In this document: positions 55,528-63,378 of the stretch, in pieces
Layout: every line of letters starts with the position of its first letter
Position numbering within the stretch: the stretch's first letter is position 1
Notes under the pieces: generated by a model
The model's database searches: none
Told to the model about the DNA's origin: nothing
What the model saw: the letters and a program-made list of their open reading frames with translations, nothing else
Translations under genes and position numbers: made by a program
Assembly: GCA_036676985.1 (NCBI GenBank)
Contig: JAKFBU010000039.1
Span: forward strand, 128,001 to 192,000
Direction of reading: 5' to 3'
DNA from: Candidatus Sericytochromatia bacterium
GTDB taxonomy: Bacteria; Cyanobacteriota; Sericytochromatia; S15B-MN24; UBA4093
Length of the DNA stretch: 64,000 nt

Positions 55528-56136
55528 TTACTGCTGGGGAACGGACTGGGTCTGAGGCACGCCCAGGTTGATGACGGACCCGAGGCCGGTGCCGGCCTGC
55601 GCGAGGGCGCCCAGCTGGTCGAAGGAAGGAACCGAGTAGGTGCGGCCCTGGTTGGCGGCGATCTCGATGGCCTTGGCGGCGAGGGCGGCGTAGACGATGC
55701 CGCGCTGGATCTGGGCTCCGATGTCGCTGCCGGCGTAGCGAGAGAGCTCACCGGGGCTCTTGACGCCGGACTGGACGATCAGGTGCGCCCAGTCGGGCTG
55801 CATGCCGTTGATTCGCATCATATCGGCCATCTGGCCGTACTTGACGAGGGATTCCTGCGGGATGCCGGTCAGGAAGGAAGCGATGGCACGGCGGAAGCCG
55901 CCGCCCGCGGCGAAGCGCATCATCCCGGGGCTCGCGAGGCCCCAGCGGTTGAGGCGACCGAGGTCCTGCTCGTTGCCGATGAGCCGGCTCATCAGGTAGA
56001 GGTTGGCGTCCGATTGAGCCGCCTGGACGGGCGCCTGCTGGGGCGCCGCGGTGACGCCGCCGCCCGCTTGAACGGCCTTGGCCGGGGCGGTACTGGCGAT
56101 GCGCATGGCGTTGGGCGAGAAGCTCTGAATGGACAT
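55528..56136 (-). CDS. DUF4332-like helix-hairpin-helix protein
   Basis: ADMMRINGMQPDWAHLIVQSGVKSPGEL resembles the DUF4332 core. Confidence 0.55.
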   Translation of the reverse strand: MSIQSFSPNAMRIASTAPAKAVQAGGGVTAAPQQAPVQAAQSDANLYLMSRLIGNEQDLGRLNRWGLASPGMMRFAAGGGFRRAIASFLTGIPQESLVKYGQMADMMRINGMQPDWAHLIVQSGVKSPGELSRYAGSDIGAQIQRGIVYAALAAKAIEIAANQGRTYSVPSFDQLGALAQAGTGLGSVINLGVPQTQSVPQQ

Positions 56137-56311
56137 GGTCGTCCCCCCTATTGATGAGTGACTGGTCTTAACACCTCACAGACGTTATCGCGGAGGGGTG
56201 GAGGATCTTTCTTAGGGCGCGGTTAAGCTGCGGCTAACAATTGCCTAATGGGTGACGGATCCGGGTGGGAAGGTGGTAGGAGGGGCGGGAAGGGCGTAGG
56301 GACGCCGCGAA

Positions 56312-56341
56312 TTGACAACTGGCAAGGGAAGTTGATATTCT
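56312..56341 (+). promoter_or_regulatory. Sigma70-type promoter of the tRNA operon
   Basis: TTGACA, 18 nt, TATTCT with extended TG. Confidence 0.7.
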
Positions 56342-56352
56342 GAAACTCCTTT

Positions 56353-56429
56353 CGGGGCGTAGCGCAGCTTGGTAGCGCATCTGCTTTGGGAGCAGAGGGT
56401 CCTGGGTTCGAATCCCAGCGCTCCGACCA
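56353..56429 (+). tRNA. tRNA-Pro(TGG)
   Basis: Full cloverleaf; anticodon arm tctgc-tt TGG ga-gcaga; TTCGAAT; encoded CCA. Confidence 0.97.
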
Positions 56430-56443
56430 TTTACCTAACCCGT

Positions 56444-56518
56444 GCGGGTGTAACTCAGTGGTAGAGTTCCTGCCTTCCAAGCAGGCTGTCGTGGGTTCGA
56501 ATCCCATCGCCCGCTCCA
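56444..56518 (+). tRNA. tRNA-Gly(TCC), intact anchor of the cassette array
   Basis: gcgggtg/cgcccgc acceptor stem, cctgc-ct TCC aa-gcagg, TTCGAAT, T-CCA end. Confidence 0.97.
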
Positions 56519-56523
56519 AACAA

Positions 56524-56560
56524 GAGGCCCTGGCGTGATGCCAGGGCCTCCTTCTTTTCT
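56524..56560 (+). terminator. Terminator after tRNA-Gly
   Basis: gaggccctggc-gtgat-gccagggcctc + cttcttttct. Confidence 0.8.
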
Positions 56561-56570
56561 CCGAGTTGGC

Positions 56571-56618
56571 GGACGGAATGTGAAACGAATGAAACAGATG
56601 AAACAAGGCTTGTTTCAT
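56571..56618 (+). repeat. GGACGGAA + 3x TGAAAC (9-bp period) + inverted GTTTCA element, copy 1
   Basis: TGAAAC at 56581, 56590, 56599; GTTTCA at 56612; same spacing at 58912 and 59711. Confidence 0.8.
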
Positions 56619-56646
56619 GGACAATCAGGCAGGGAATATCCAGAAT

Positions 56647-57204
56647 ATGAGACCAGGACCCGTACTGCTTTCAGTTCTTGCCGTAGCCATCCTAAGTGGG
56701 TGTGGTGTTGTCAGGAATATTGCGGCATCGGCTCCCACGCCTCAAAGCCTTTCCTTTCGAACAGTAGCCCCAACTCCCGGATCTGGCAGCGATGTGCTCG
56801 ACGGGATTCGCGCGTCTGGGCTAGTAGCACGTAGTCAGTCTGAACTGGTTAGAGAGCTTGTAAATCGTAGATACGAGACAGAGCAAGTATCCGATAATCA
56901 AGCCTATGAGGCCTTTCTCAGCAAGTCGATTCCCACGTTAGATTTCTCAACAGAACAGGGCATTCTCGCTACTTTTGGCGCACAAGGTAACACGTGTTAC
57001 CGCGGCGAAATTGTTTCTGTTGAAGAGCGTCAAGATCGAATCGTTGTACACACTGTTCTTTGGGCACCCCGCTACGGGCAAAGCTGCGGAGCGGCGATTG
57101 TCTATCCCTACCACTACGTTGCGATCCCGAAGTCGGCAAAACCAGTCGAATTTCGCGAACCCGTTAGAAAAGAAGTTCCCGGAGCCTGGTGGCAGATCTT
57201 CTGA
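56647..57204 (+). CDS. PrcB C-terminal-domain-like lipoprotein (cassette 1)
   Basis: LSGC lipobox; LDFS..GAQ..Y.G.I..VEE..AIVYPY.YVAIP...P.EF. Confidence 0.7.
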   Translation: MRPGPVLLSVLAVAILSGCGVVRNIAASAPTPQSLSFRTVAPTPGSGSDVLDGIRASGLVARSQSELVRELVNRRYETEQVSDNQAYEAFLSKSIPTLDFSTEQGILATFGAQGNTCYRGEIVSVEERQDRIVVHTVLWAPRYGQSCGAAIVYPYHYVAIPKSAKPVEFREPVRKEVPGAWWQIF

Positions 57205-57221
57205 TAAAGGTTGATTAAACG

Positions 57222-57629
57222 ATGTTCCGCCTAAAGTTCGCCGGGGCGATTGCTGCTGGCGTGCTCGTAACAAGTTGCAGCTTCCCTGCCTCTGGAGTGG
57301 TTGTTGGCACGATCACGCACCTTTCTGTCAAAGGGTATTTCGGGACCAATGTGCCAGTAACCATTCGGGCAAGGGCAACCTTTCCTGGGGCTATCGACCA
57401 TGCGTCTCTAACGACAGACGTTTCAGCTCGATCAGGTAACACGATCCGGGTCATGGCCACAGCCAGTCGAGCCCAACATTTTCTTGGGCTTGGGGTTTTC
57501 CCCGTTGATACATCCAGCCCAAACAATACCGAGATAGAGACGACAGTTAGCGTAAGTAGCCCTGGCGTATACGTAATTGAGGGATTGCAAGATGGAGCGG
57601 TCACGGCTTCCACTTCCTTCAGCATTTGA
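57222..57629 (+). CDS. Hypothetical lipoprotein (cassette 1)
   Basis: AAAGG upstream; VTSC lipobox-like; beta-rich. Confidence 0.6.
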   Translation: MFRLKFAGAIAAGVLVTSCSFPASGVVVGTITHLSVKGYFGTNVPVTIRARATFPGAIDHASLTTDVSARSGNTIRVMATASRAQHFLGLGVFPVDTSSPNNTEIETTVSVSSPGVYVIEGLQDGAVTASTSFSI

Positions 57630-57673
57630 CTTGCCAGCAGTGCGGAAATGGCCTCGCTTTGCTGCGACACACA

Positions 57674-57803
57674 GCGGGTGTGCCACCGATGGTGGCAGCA
57701 AGCAACTCCGTGGTAGAGTTCCTGCCTTCCAAGCAGGCTGTCGTGGGTTCGAATCCCATCGCCCGCTCCAAACACGAGGCCCTGGCTTGATGCCAGGGCC
57801 TCG
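57674..57803 (+). repeat. tRNA-Gly-derived repeat R1 (nt 1-8 + 22-nt insert + nt 9-75) plus hairpin
   Basis: gcgggtgt-[gccaccgatggtggcagcaagc]-aactccgtgg...cgctcca; 66/67 match to tRNA nt 9-75. Confidence 0.92.
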
Positions 57804-57920
57804 AACTATCTCCAGTTCAGTTCTATCGCGCGAAGGCTCCGTACTTCGATTAATGAACAGAAAGCCTTATGGCGGGTAAGAAGAAAATAATCCCTATAGT
57901 CAACTGGAGTTAGAGCTCGT

Positions 57921-58760
57921 ATGGAAATCCGTGATGTCACCATTCCTGGCTTGTCAGGCGCTTTGGTAGACATGGACATAAACAGCACCGGCCGGCTCGC
58001 ATATATATGTAAATCTTTAAACGGCTACTCAGTATTTGTAGATGGCGAGAAGGTAGATATTGGGCAAGGCGTTCCCTATGATATTCGCCTTCTCTCAAAT
58101 GATGAATTCGTCTTGTTTTGCCACCACGGCGAATATATCGATAAATATTATCGACTTGAAAGGTATCAAAAATCCGCTCATTTAGGCTGGCATAGCAATT
58201 GGTCCTGGAGTATTGACCCCCAGTACGAGAATATCACCTGTACGGATCGATGGATTGCCATCGGCTTTTCCGATATGAATAGAAAAGGCGTCTTGGCAAT
58301 TCCTGACCATGGGCACTCCCTGGTTTACTATAATGACATATTCTGGGAAGAAGCAGTCCGCGGCGTCGAGATATACGCAATGTGTAAAGGGCCGCGGAAT
58401 TCAATCTATTTTCATCCCTACACCGATTTTCAACTTGTGCAATGGAATCTTGATACGATGACCCAGGTCGTATGGGTAACACCTGAGGCGGTTCACGGAT
58501 CAAATGCAGTTTCCGTAACGGATGGTACGGCCTACTTTTACTCGCCCTATGATGAAGAACAGTATGAGGGAGATGAATTCAACTGGAAAAACGTTAGAAT
58601 AACTGAGATAAGGGAGCATTCGTTCTATTCCTGGGAGATTGGAAGCTCGGTAGTAAAAAAAGTTGGCGAGTACAAGCTGAACGGGTCCACAATTAGAGGC
58701 CTTCCGGGGGGACGATTCCTTGTTATTCATCGAGACTCGTACTCAATCATCGCGTTTTAA
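57921..58760 (+). CDS. Hypothetical protein, low GC (cassette 2)
   Basis: 279-aa ORF, GGAG upstream; stop codon 3 nt before repeat R2. Confidence 0.75.
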   Translation: MEIRDVTIPGLSGALVDMDINSTGRLAYICKSLNGYSVFVDGEKVDIGQGVPYDIRLLSNDEFVLFCHHGEYIDKYYRLERYQKSAHLGWHSNWSWSIDPQYENITCTDRWIAIGFSDMNRKGVLAIPDHGHSLVYYNDIFWEEAVRGVEIYAMCKGPRNSIYFHPYTDFQLVQWNLDTMTQVVWVTPEAVHGSNAVSVTDGTAYFYSPYDEEQYEGDEFNWKNVRITEIREHSFYSWEIGSSVVKKVGEYKLNGSTIRGLPGGRFLVIHRDSYSIIAF

Positions 58761-58763
58761 GAA

Positions 58764-58892
58764 TTGGGTATGCCACCTCTGGTGGCAGCTAGCAACTCAG
58801 TGGTAGAGTTCCTGCCTTCCAAGCAGGCTGTCGTGGGTTCGAATCCCATCGCCCGCTCCAAATGCAAGCCCCCGAGCCAGTCTCGGGGGCTT
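58764..58892 (+). repeat. tRNA-Gly-derived repeat R2 plus a different hairpin
   Basis: ttgggtat-[gccacctctggtggcagctagc]-aactcagtgg...cgctcca; 67/67 match; aagcccccgag/ctcgggggctt hairpin. Confidence 0.92.
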
Positions 58893-58911
58893 CTTCGTTC
58901 TCCGGGCCAGT

Positions 58912-58959
58912 GGACGGAACGCGATACAAATAAAACAAATGAAACTACTTTTGCTTCAT
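58912..58959 (+). repeat. GGACGGAA/TGAAAC element, copy 2
   Basis: cgatac, taaaac, tgaaac at 9-bp period; gcttca at +41. Confidence 0.7.
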
Positions 58960-59069
58960 CTGCTGTCAGGGGTACGGTTGAGGCGCCGAGGACAAGTACG
59001 GCCTCGTTTGTGACTTACTCTAGATTGGCCGTATGGCCTTATCCAAGGTAAACTTTCTTGGTCCCTCCG

Positions 59070-59501
59070 ATGGCCTTTGACGTGACGCCGCGCCTTGATG
59101 ACAAGGGAATTACTTTGAAAACAGTTCGAGACCCGGCCGACGGGATCCACAGCAGAATACAGAACGGCACGATATATTCCTGGAATGTAAAGGACCTCTG
59201 GGCGTTGGCGGCAAGGCTCCCCGTCTTTCAAATTGACCCACAAGCCGTCATAGATCTGGACAAAGATGGATGGTTCGTTGGCAAAGAGCCAGTACTTCGG
59301 CTGGTGCTAGAGCACGTTCGGCGAATCCAAGACGCCGATCTCTCCTATCCGGTTATTTTGGATGCTGATGGGTCGATAATGGATGGAGCCCATCGTGTGG
59401 CCAAGGCAATCCTTGAAGGACGTCAGACGATTGACGCCGTTCAGTTTCGATATCTTCCTCCTCCATCTCGAACTGCGCTGGTAGCTGGCCAGGACAATTG
59501 A
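59070..59501 (+). CDS. Small ParB/Srx-like domain protein (cassette 3)
   Basis: ADLSYPVIL...G.IMDGAHRVAKA. Confidence 0.7.
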   Translation: MAFDVTPRLDDKGITLKTVRDPADGIHSRIQNGTIYSWNVKDLWALAARLPVFQIDPQAVIDLDKDGWFVGKEPVLRLVLEHVRRIQDADLSYPVILDADGSIMDGAHRVAKAILEGRQTIDAVQFRYLPPPSRTALVAGQDN

Positions 59502-59564
59502 CTTTAGCTTTCGGCTCATCAGTGGCGGAATTCCTGACATAGTAGAAGCATGGTCTGGATGTCA

Positions 59565-59691
59565 GCACGTGTGCCGCGACGGTGCCTGCGAGCACCTCAG
59601 TAGAGTAATTCCAGCCTTCCAAGCAGGCTGCGGTGGGTTCGAATCCCTTCGCCCGTTCCAAACACGAGGCCCTGGCGTTTGCCAGGGCCTC
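59565..59691 (+). repeat. Degenerate tRNA-Gly-derived repeat R3 plus hairpin
   Basis: gcacgtgt-[21-nt insert]-acctcag...cgttcca; about 11 mismatches in 67; gaggccctggc/gccagggcctc. Confidence 0.88.
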
Positions 59692-59710
59692 CCTCTATTC
59701 GCCAAAATGC

Positions 59711-59758
59711 GGACGGAAAATGAAACGAATGTAACAGATGATACGGGGCATGTTTCAT
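59711..59758 (+). repeat. GGACGGAA/TGAAAC element, copy 3
   Basis: tgaaac, tgtaac, tgatac at 9-bp period; gtttca at +41. Confidence 0.78.
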
Positions 59759-59841
59759 GGCTCATGTGATCTATTCTGTTATCAGGCTGCGCGATATTTA
59801 CATCAGTCATATCAAACAATCGCTGAGGGCTCATAAACGCT

Positions 59842-60387
59842 ATGCAAGCAAAACACCTCTTACTCCCGGTGGTCTGCATTTCGCTACTCTCCGGCTGCGG
59901 AATGGTTCGTAATATTGCGGGGGCAAGCCCGCTCGCTCCATCTATCTCTTTCCGGGTTGTATCACCTGCCAGTAGCCACACAGGCCGTTTCAACATTCGT
60001 GCGCAGAACCACGTCTTTAGAACCCAGCAAGAAGTCGATAGCTTCCTCGCTACTGTGCCTGTAACCGCATTCGACGGCAATGGAAACCAGGTTAGTGAAA
60101 CTCTCCCCGCTATCGATTTTTCAAAAGAAGTCGGAATTCTTGTGCTCTTTGGTGCCCAATCCGACGGAGGCTACAGCGGCGATATCTCCGCGATTGAAGA
60201 GAAGCAAGACCGATTGATCGTCCATCCGCTCCTCTGGACTCATAGTAATGAGCCTGGCGTAGGCTACACGATGGCCATCGTTTACCCCTACAAATATGTA
60301 GCAATCCCAATTAGTTCCAAGCCCATCGAGTTTGCTTCCACCGTTGATCGCCCACGCCCCAGTCCCTGGTGGTCGATCTTCTATTAG
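59842..60387 (+). CDS. PrcB C-terminal-domain-like lipoprotein (cassette 4), paralog of 56647-57204
   Basis: LSGCG.VRNIA, IDFSKE, GAQSDGGY, AIVYPYKYVAIP, WW.IF; stop 4 nt before R4. Confidence 0.75.
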   Translation: MQAKHLLLPVVCISLLSGCGMVRNIAGASPLAPSISFRVVSPASSHTGRFNIRAQNHVFRTQQEVDSFLATVPVTAFDGNGNQVSETLPAIDFSKEVGILVLFGAQSDGGYSGDISAIEEKQDRLIVHPLLWTHSNEPGVGYTMAIVYPYKYVAIPISSKPIEFASTVDRPRPSPWWSIFY

Positions 60388-60391
60388 GCTG

Positions 60392-60532
60392 GCGGGTGTG
60401 GCACCTATGGTAGCAGTAAGCAACCCAGTGGTAGCGTTCCTGCCTGCCAAGCAGGCTGTCGTGGGCCGGAATCCCATCGCCCGCTCCATTTCAAAGCCTC
60501 AGCTTGATGCCCAGGCCTCGTGTTTGGAGCGA
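60392..60532 (+). repeat. Degenerate tRNA-Gly-derived repeat R4 plus inverted 3' end
   Basis: gcgggtgt-[ggcacctatggtagcagtaagc]-aacccag...cgctcca; 6 mismatches; then cctcgtgtttggagcg (reverse complement of cgctccaaacacgagg). Confidence 0.88.
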
Positions 60533-60626
60533 ACAACAACCATCGTATAGACGTGTTGACACGAACATAAAATCATCGTAATGTCTACTGTCTCCCAATC
60601 ACGACTATGCAGACAGGGACGTAACG

Positions 60627-60995
60627 ATGCATAAGAAAATGACTGTCCTCGGCCTTTGCTTGACCACCGGCCTCCTGCTGAGCGGTTGCATTTCGACGCA
60701 AAAAATGCAGTTCGACCGTGCATTTGACCCTACCGCCGGAGACAGCCGGAATGTGGAGGTCCTCGACAGTGCCAACGTCAAGCGCTCCTATAAGGTTATC
60801 GGCATCGTTGAGGCGGATGCAGTTGCCGACTACGGATTGAACAACGTACTGTCGGCCTTGAAACTAGAGGCCAAAAAGATGGGCGGACAGGCCGTCATTG
60901 ATGTGCAGCGTGTCCCAATGTACTCCAAAACGTTTTGGGATGGCTTGTTCCCGAGTGGCCAGCGCTGGAGCGGCAAGGTCATTACCTGGGAATAG
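60627..60995 (+). CDS. Small lipoprotein, YbjQ/heavy-metal-binding-like fold (cassette 5)
   Basis: LSGC lipobox; YKVIGIVEA..LKLEAKKMGGQAVI. Confidence 0.7.
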   Translation: MHKKMTVLGLCLTTGLLLSGCISTQKMQFDRAFDPTAGDSRNVEVLDSANVKRSYKVIGIVEADAVADYGLNNVLSALKLEAKKMGGQAVIDVQRVPMYSKTFWDGLFPSGQRWSGKVITWE

Positions 60996-61017
60996 TTCAC
61001 CGATTCCATCGTCCAAG

Positions 61018-61106
61018 CCTGCCTACATAGCAGGCTGTCGTGCGATCTCGCACCAAGCAAGAGGCCCTGGCTTGATGCCGGGGCCTCTTGCTTGGAGCGG
61101 GCGATG
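61018..61106. repeat. tRNA-Gly remnant R5 with long palindrome and inverted tRNA 3' end
   Basis: cctgcctacatagcaggctgtcgtg (anticodon arm remnant); agcaagaggccctggc-ttgat-gccggggcctcttgct; tggagcgggcgatg = reverse complement of the tRNA end. Confidence 0.8.
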
Positions 61107-61248
61107 AGGGAAACAAACTGAGCAGGCTCCCCCTGCACGCTTGAGTAAGCTTTCCACGAAATTAGGGTAACCTGTCTAGTACGTGCTCGCAGCGGGTGGG
61201 TGGACAGCCAGAGACGCGCCCGAGCTCGAGACGTAGAGGAGGGCCACG

Positions 61249-61737
61249 ATGACGAAGTCCAGGATCTGCCTGTGGTATGACCGTGACGCGGAGGAAGCTG
61301 CACGCTTCTACGCCCAAACCTTTCCCGATAGCACGGTCGGCGCGGTGCAGCGAGCGCCCTCGGACTTCCCGAGCGGCAAGGCAGGCGACGTGCTGACGGT
61401 CGAGTTCACGGTCTGTGGGCTGCCTTGCCTGGGCCTCAATGGCGGGGACGCGTTCCCGCAAACCGAAGCGTTCTCCTTTCAAATCGAGACGGAGGACCAG
61501 GCGGAGACCGACCGCTATTGGAACGCGATCGTCGGAAACGGCGGTGAGGAGAGCGCGTGTGGCTGGTGCAAGGACAAATGGGGCGTGTCCTGGCAGATCA
61601 CGCCGCGTATCCTGACGGAGGCGATGGCCCAAGGGGGCGACGTCGCGAAGCGCGCGTTTGAGGCGATGATGGAGATGCAAAAGATCGACGTCGCCAAAAT
61701 CGAGGCGGCGGTGCGCGGCGAGACCGAGTCGAAATAA
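61249..61737 (+). CDS. VOC/PhnB family protein (3-demethylubiquinone-9 3-methyltransferase-like)
   Basis: CLWYD.DAEEAARFY, LNGG, CGWCKDKWGVSWQITP, MMEMQKID. Confidence 0.9.
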   Translation: MTKSRICLWYDRDAEEAARFYAQTFPDSTVGAVQRAPSDFPSGKAGDVLTVEFTVCGLPCLGLNGGDAFPQTEAFSFQIETEDQAETDRYWNAIVGNGGEESACGWCKDKWGVSWQITPRILTEAMAQGGDVAKRAFEAMMEMQKIDVAKIEAAVRGETESK

Positions 61738-62012
61738 ATCACCCGACTCCCGTATCGAAGCCTCGGCCTTGCGCCGGGGCTTCGGTGTTTCTCCGACCAA
61801 ATGTGACCCGTTAAGGCCGTGACTCAAGAAGGCGCGAAGCGATCGGCTCGCTCAAAGGCAAATCGCTCACCGGAAAGTGCTTGTGGAAAGCATCCCATGA
61901 CTGTTGGTAGAAGCACCGTTGAACGAAGAACGCTTGCCTGGCAGCATATCGAAAGGCCTCGTTTGATGTGCCATTTGCTTGGCACGGCGCGATAGCAAGA
62001 GGGAGCGAAGCG

Positions 62013-62711
62013 ATGAATCACAACCTCGGCAGCATCCTGATGATGGGGCTCATCTTCTGTCCACTGGTGCTCACGGGTTGCTTGACCGCGCCTTCGGCCA
62101 CGACGCTGTTTCAGCATGACACCTCACGATCGGCCCCGGACGGCTATCAGGTAGCCGCCATCCGCAGCTTCTCCAAGCACAAGGGCGACTACCTTCCGGC
62201 GCATAACTTCAAACTAGAGATGGATGCGGTCGTGGTCGGCTCGTTCCAGAACGCCCAGGGAGTCCCACGATCGCCTGTCCTTCAAGAGGCTGATTGGCCG
62301 GCAATCGACCTGCGAACCGGTGGGTTCAAAGAGGTCAGCGGACTCGAGGCGGAAGTGGAAGTCATCGAGTACCGGAACGGTGACGATCCCATCACTCACA
62401 AACGCGCCGGTAAGGCCAAGTATAAGAACATCACCCTCAAACGGGGTCAATTCAGCGATCCTTCGGTAGCCGACTGGCTTAAAAAGGTCCTCGCTGGAAC
62501 AACGGACCGTAAAAGTGGCAGCATTATCTACCTCGACCGCGAGGGGAGCGAGATATTACGCTATAACTTCTTCGAGGCATGGCCAGTCCGCTGGAAAATC
62601 GCCAATCGGGACAGTCAAGCCATCGTTGAGATTGAGTTTGCGGTGGAACGAATTGAGCCAGCCGGCAAAGCCCTGCCTGGTGATCCGATTCCCGGAATCG
62701 ATGTTCGTTAG
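62013..62711 (+). CDS. Contractile tail tube protein (T4 gp19/Afp1-like) fused to a lipoprotein signal
   Basis: LTGC lipobox; FKEVSGL..EVIEYRNG, KYKNITLKRG, RKSGSI..LD..G, YNFFEAWPVRW. Confidence 0.8.
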   Translation: MNHNLGSILMMGLIFCPLVLTGCLTAPSATTLFQHDTSRSAPDGYQVAAIRSFSKHKGDYLPAHNFKLEMDAVVVGSFQNAQGVPRSPVLQEADWPAIDLRTGGFKEVSGLEAEVEVIEYRNGDDPITHKRAGKAKYKNITLKRGQFSDPSVADWLKKVLAGTTDRKSGSIIYLDREGSEILRYNFFEAWPVRWKIANRDSQAIVEIEFAVERIEPAGKALPGDPIPGIDVR

Positions 62712-62853
62712 AGCATAACTTAGCGTTCTCAGACGCTCGACCCGATAGAGAAATGGACTTTCCACGGGAATTCCACCCGAAGGCCCGATCGGGCATTTGT
62801 GGCAGCCGTCCTCATTTTGAAGTGGTTCGCGATGCGATGAGCGCTCCACAGAC

Positions 62854-63036
62854 CTACAGCACTGGTCGCCCGAGAACAGTGCCACGGGGCTTGAGCGGAT
62901 TATCTGGCTTGCCAATCTGAATTCCCTGGGTGTTATCCAAAAAAGCAAGCAATAATCCCATGGCCAAGATGGCACTCGCAACTATCAGCAAGCTCTTAAG
63001 AGGGTTGCGAACAAAGAAGTCTGCAAATCGTTTCAT
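62854..63036 (-). CDS. Small membrane protein
   Basis: AGGA upstream; one TM helix. Confidence 0.4.
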   Translation of the reverse strand: MKRFADFFVRNPLKSLLIVASAILAMGLLLAFLDNTQGIQIGKPDNPLKPRGTVLGRPVL

Positions 63037-63123
63037 CACTTTTCCTATTGCACTTCATACGACTCCTGCTACTTGGAGTATTTGAGGCGGCGCGTGCTAC
63101 GGAGTTAATTCTATTAATCGGGG

Positions 63124-63218
63124 TCGGGTGTGTACATCCCCAATGGTGGCAGCAAGCAGGTCGAATCCCATCGCCCGCTCTCCCCCTCGAGGCCCCGACG
63201 TAACGCCGGGGCCTCGAG
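63124..63218 (+). repeat. Internally deleted tRNA-Gly-derived repeat R6 plus hairpin
   Basis: tcgggtgt..atggtggcagcaagc joined to agg-tcgaatcccatcgcccgctc; ctcgaggcccc/ggggcctcgag. Confidence 0.82.
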
Positions 63219-63378
63219 CCTTTGCCACTCCAACGAAAAACGGGGGGAAATATTTCTCGCCGATTGACCTAGGACGGTCACGGTCAACCAGCTATCACAA
63301 GACCAAAGACCCGCTCCTGTCCCCCGATTGGCCGCCCGGCGCAAACTTGGATCCCGGGCGAGAAAGGGGATACTCCCC

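Noticed and set aside
57674-60488. Additional functional tRNA-Gly genes
   Set aside because: All copies have the 21-22 nt insert after nt 8, and each also has acceptor, D-arm or T-loop damage; treated as repeats
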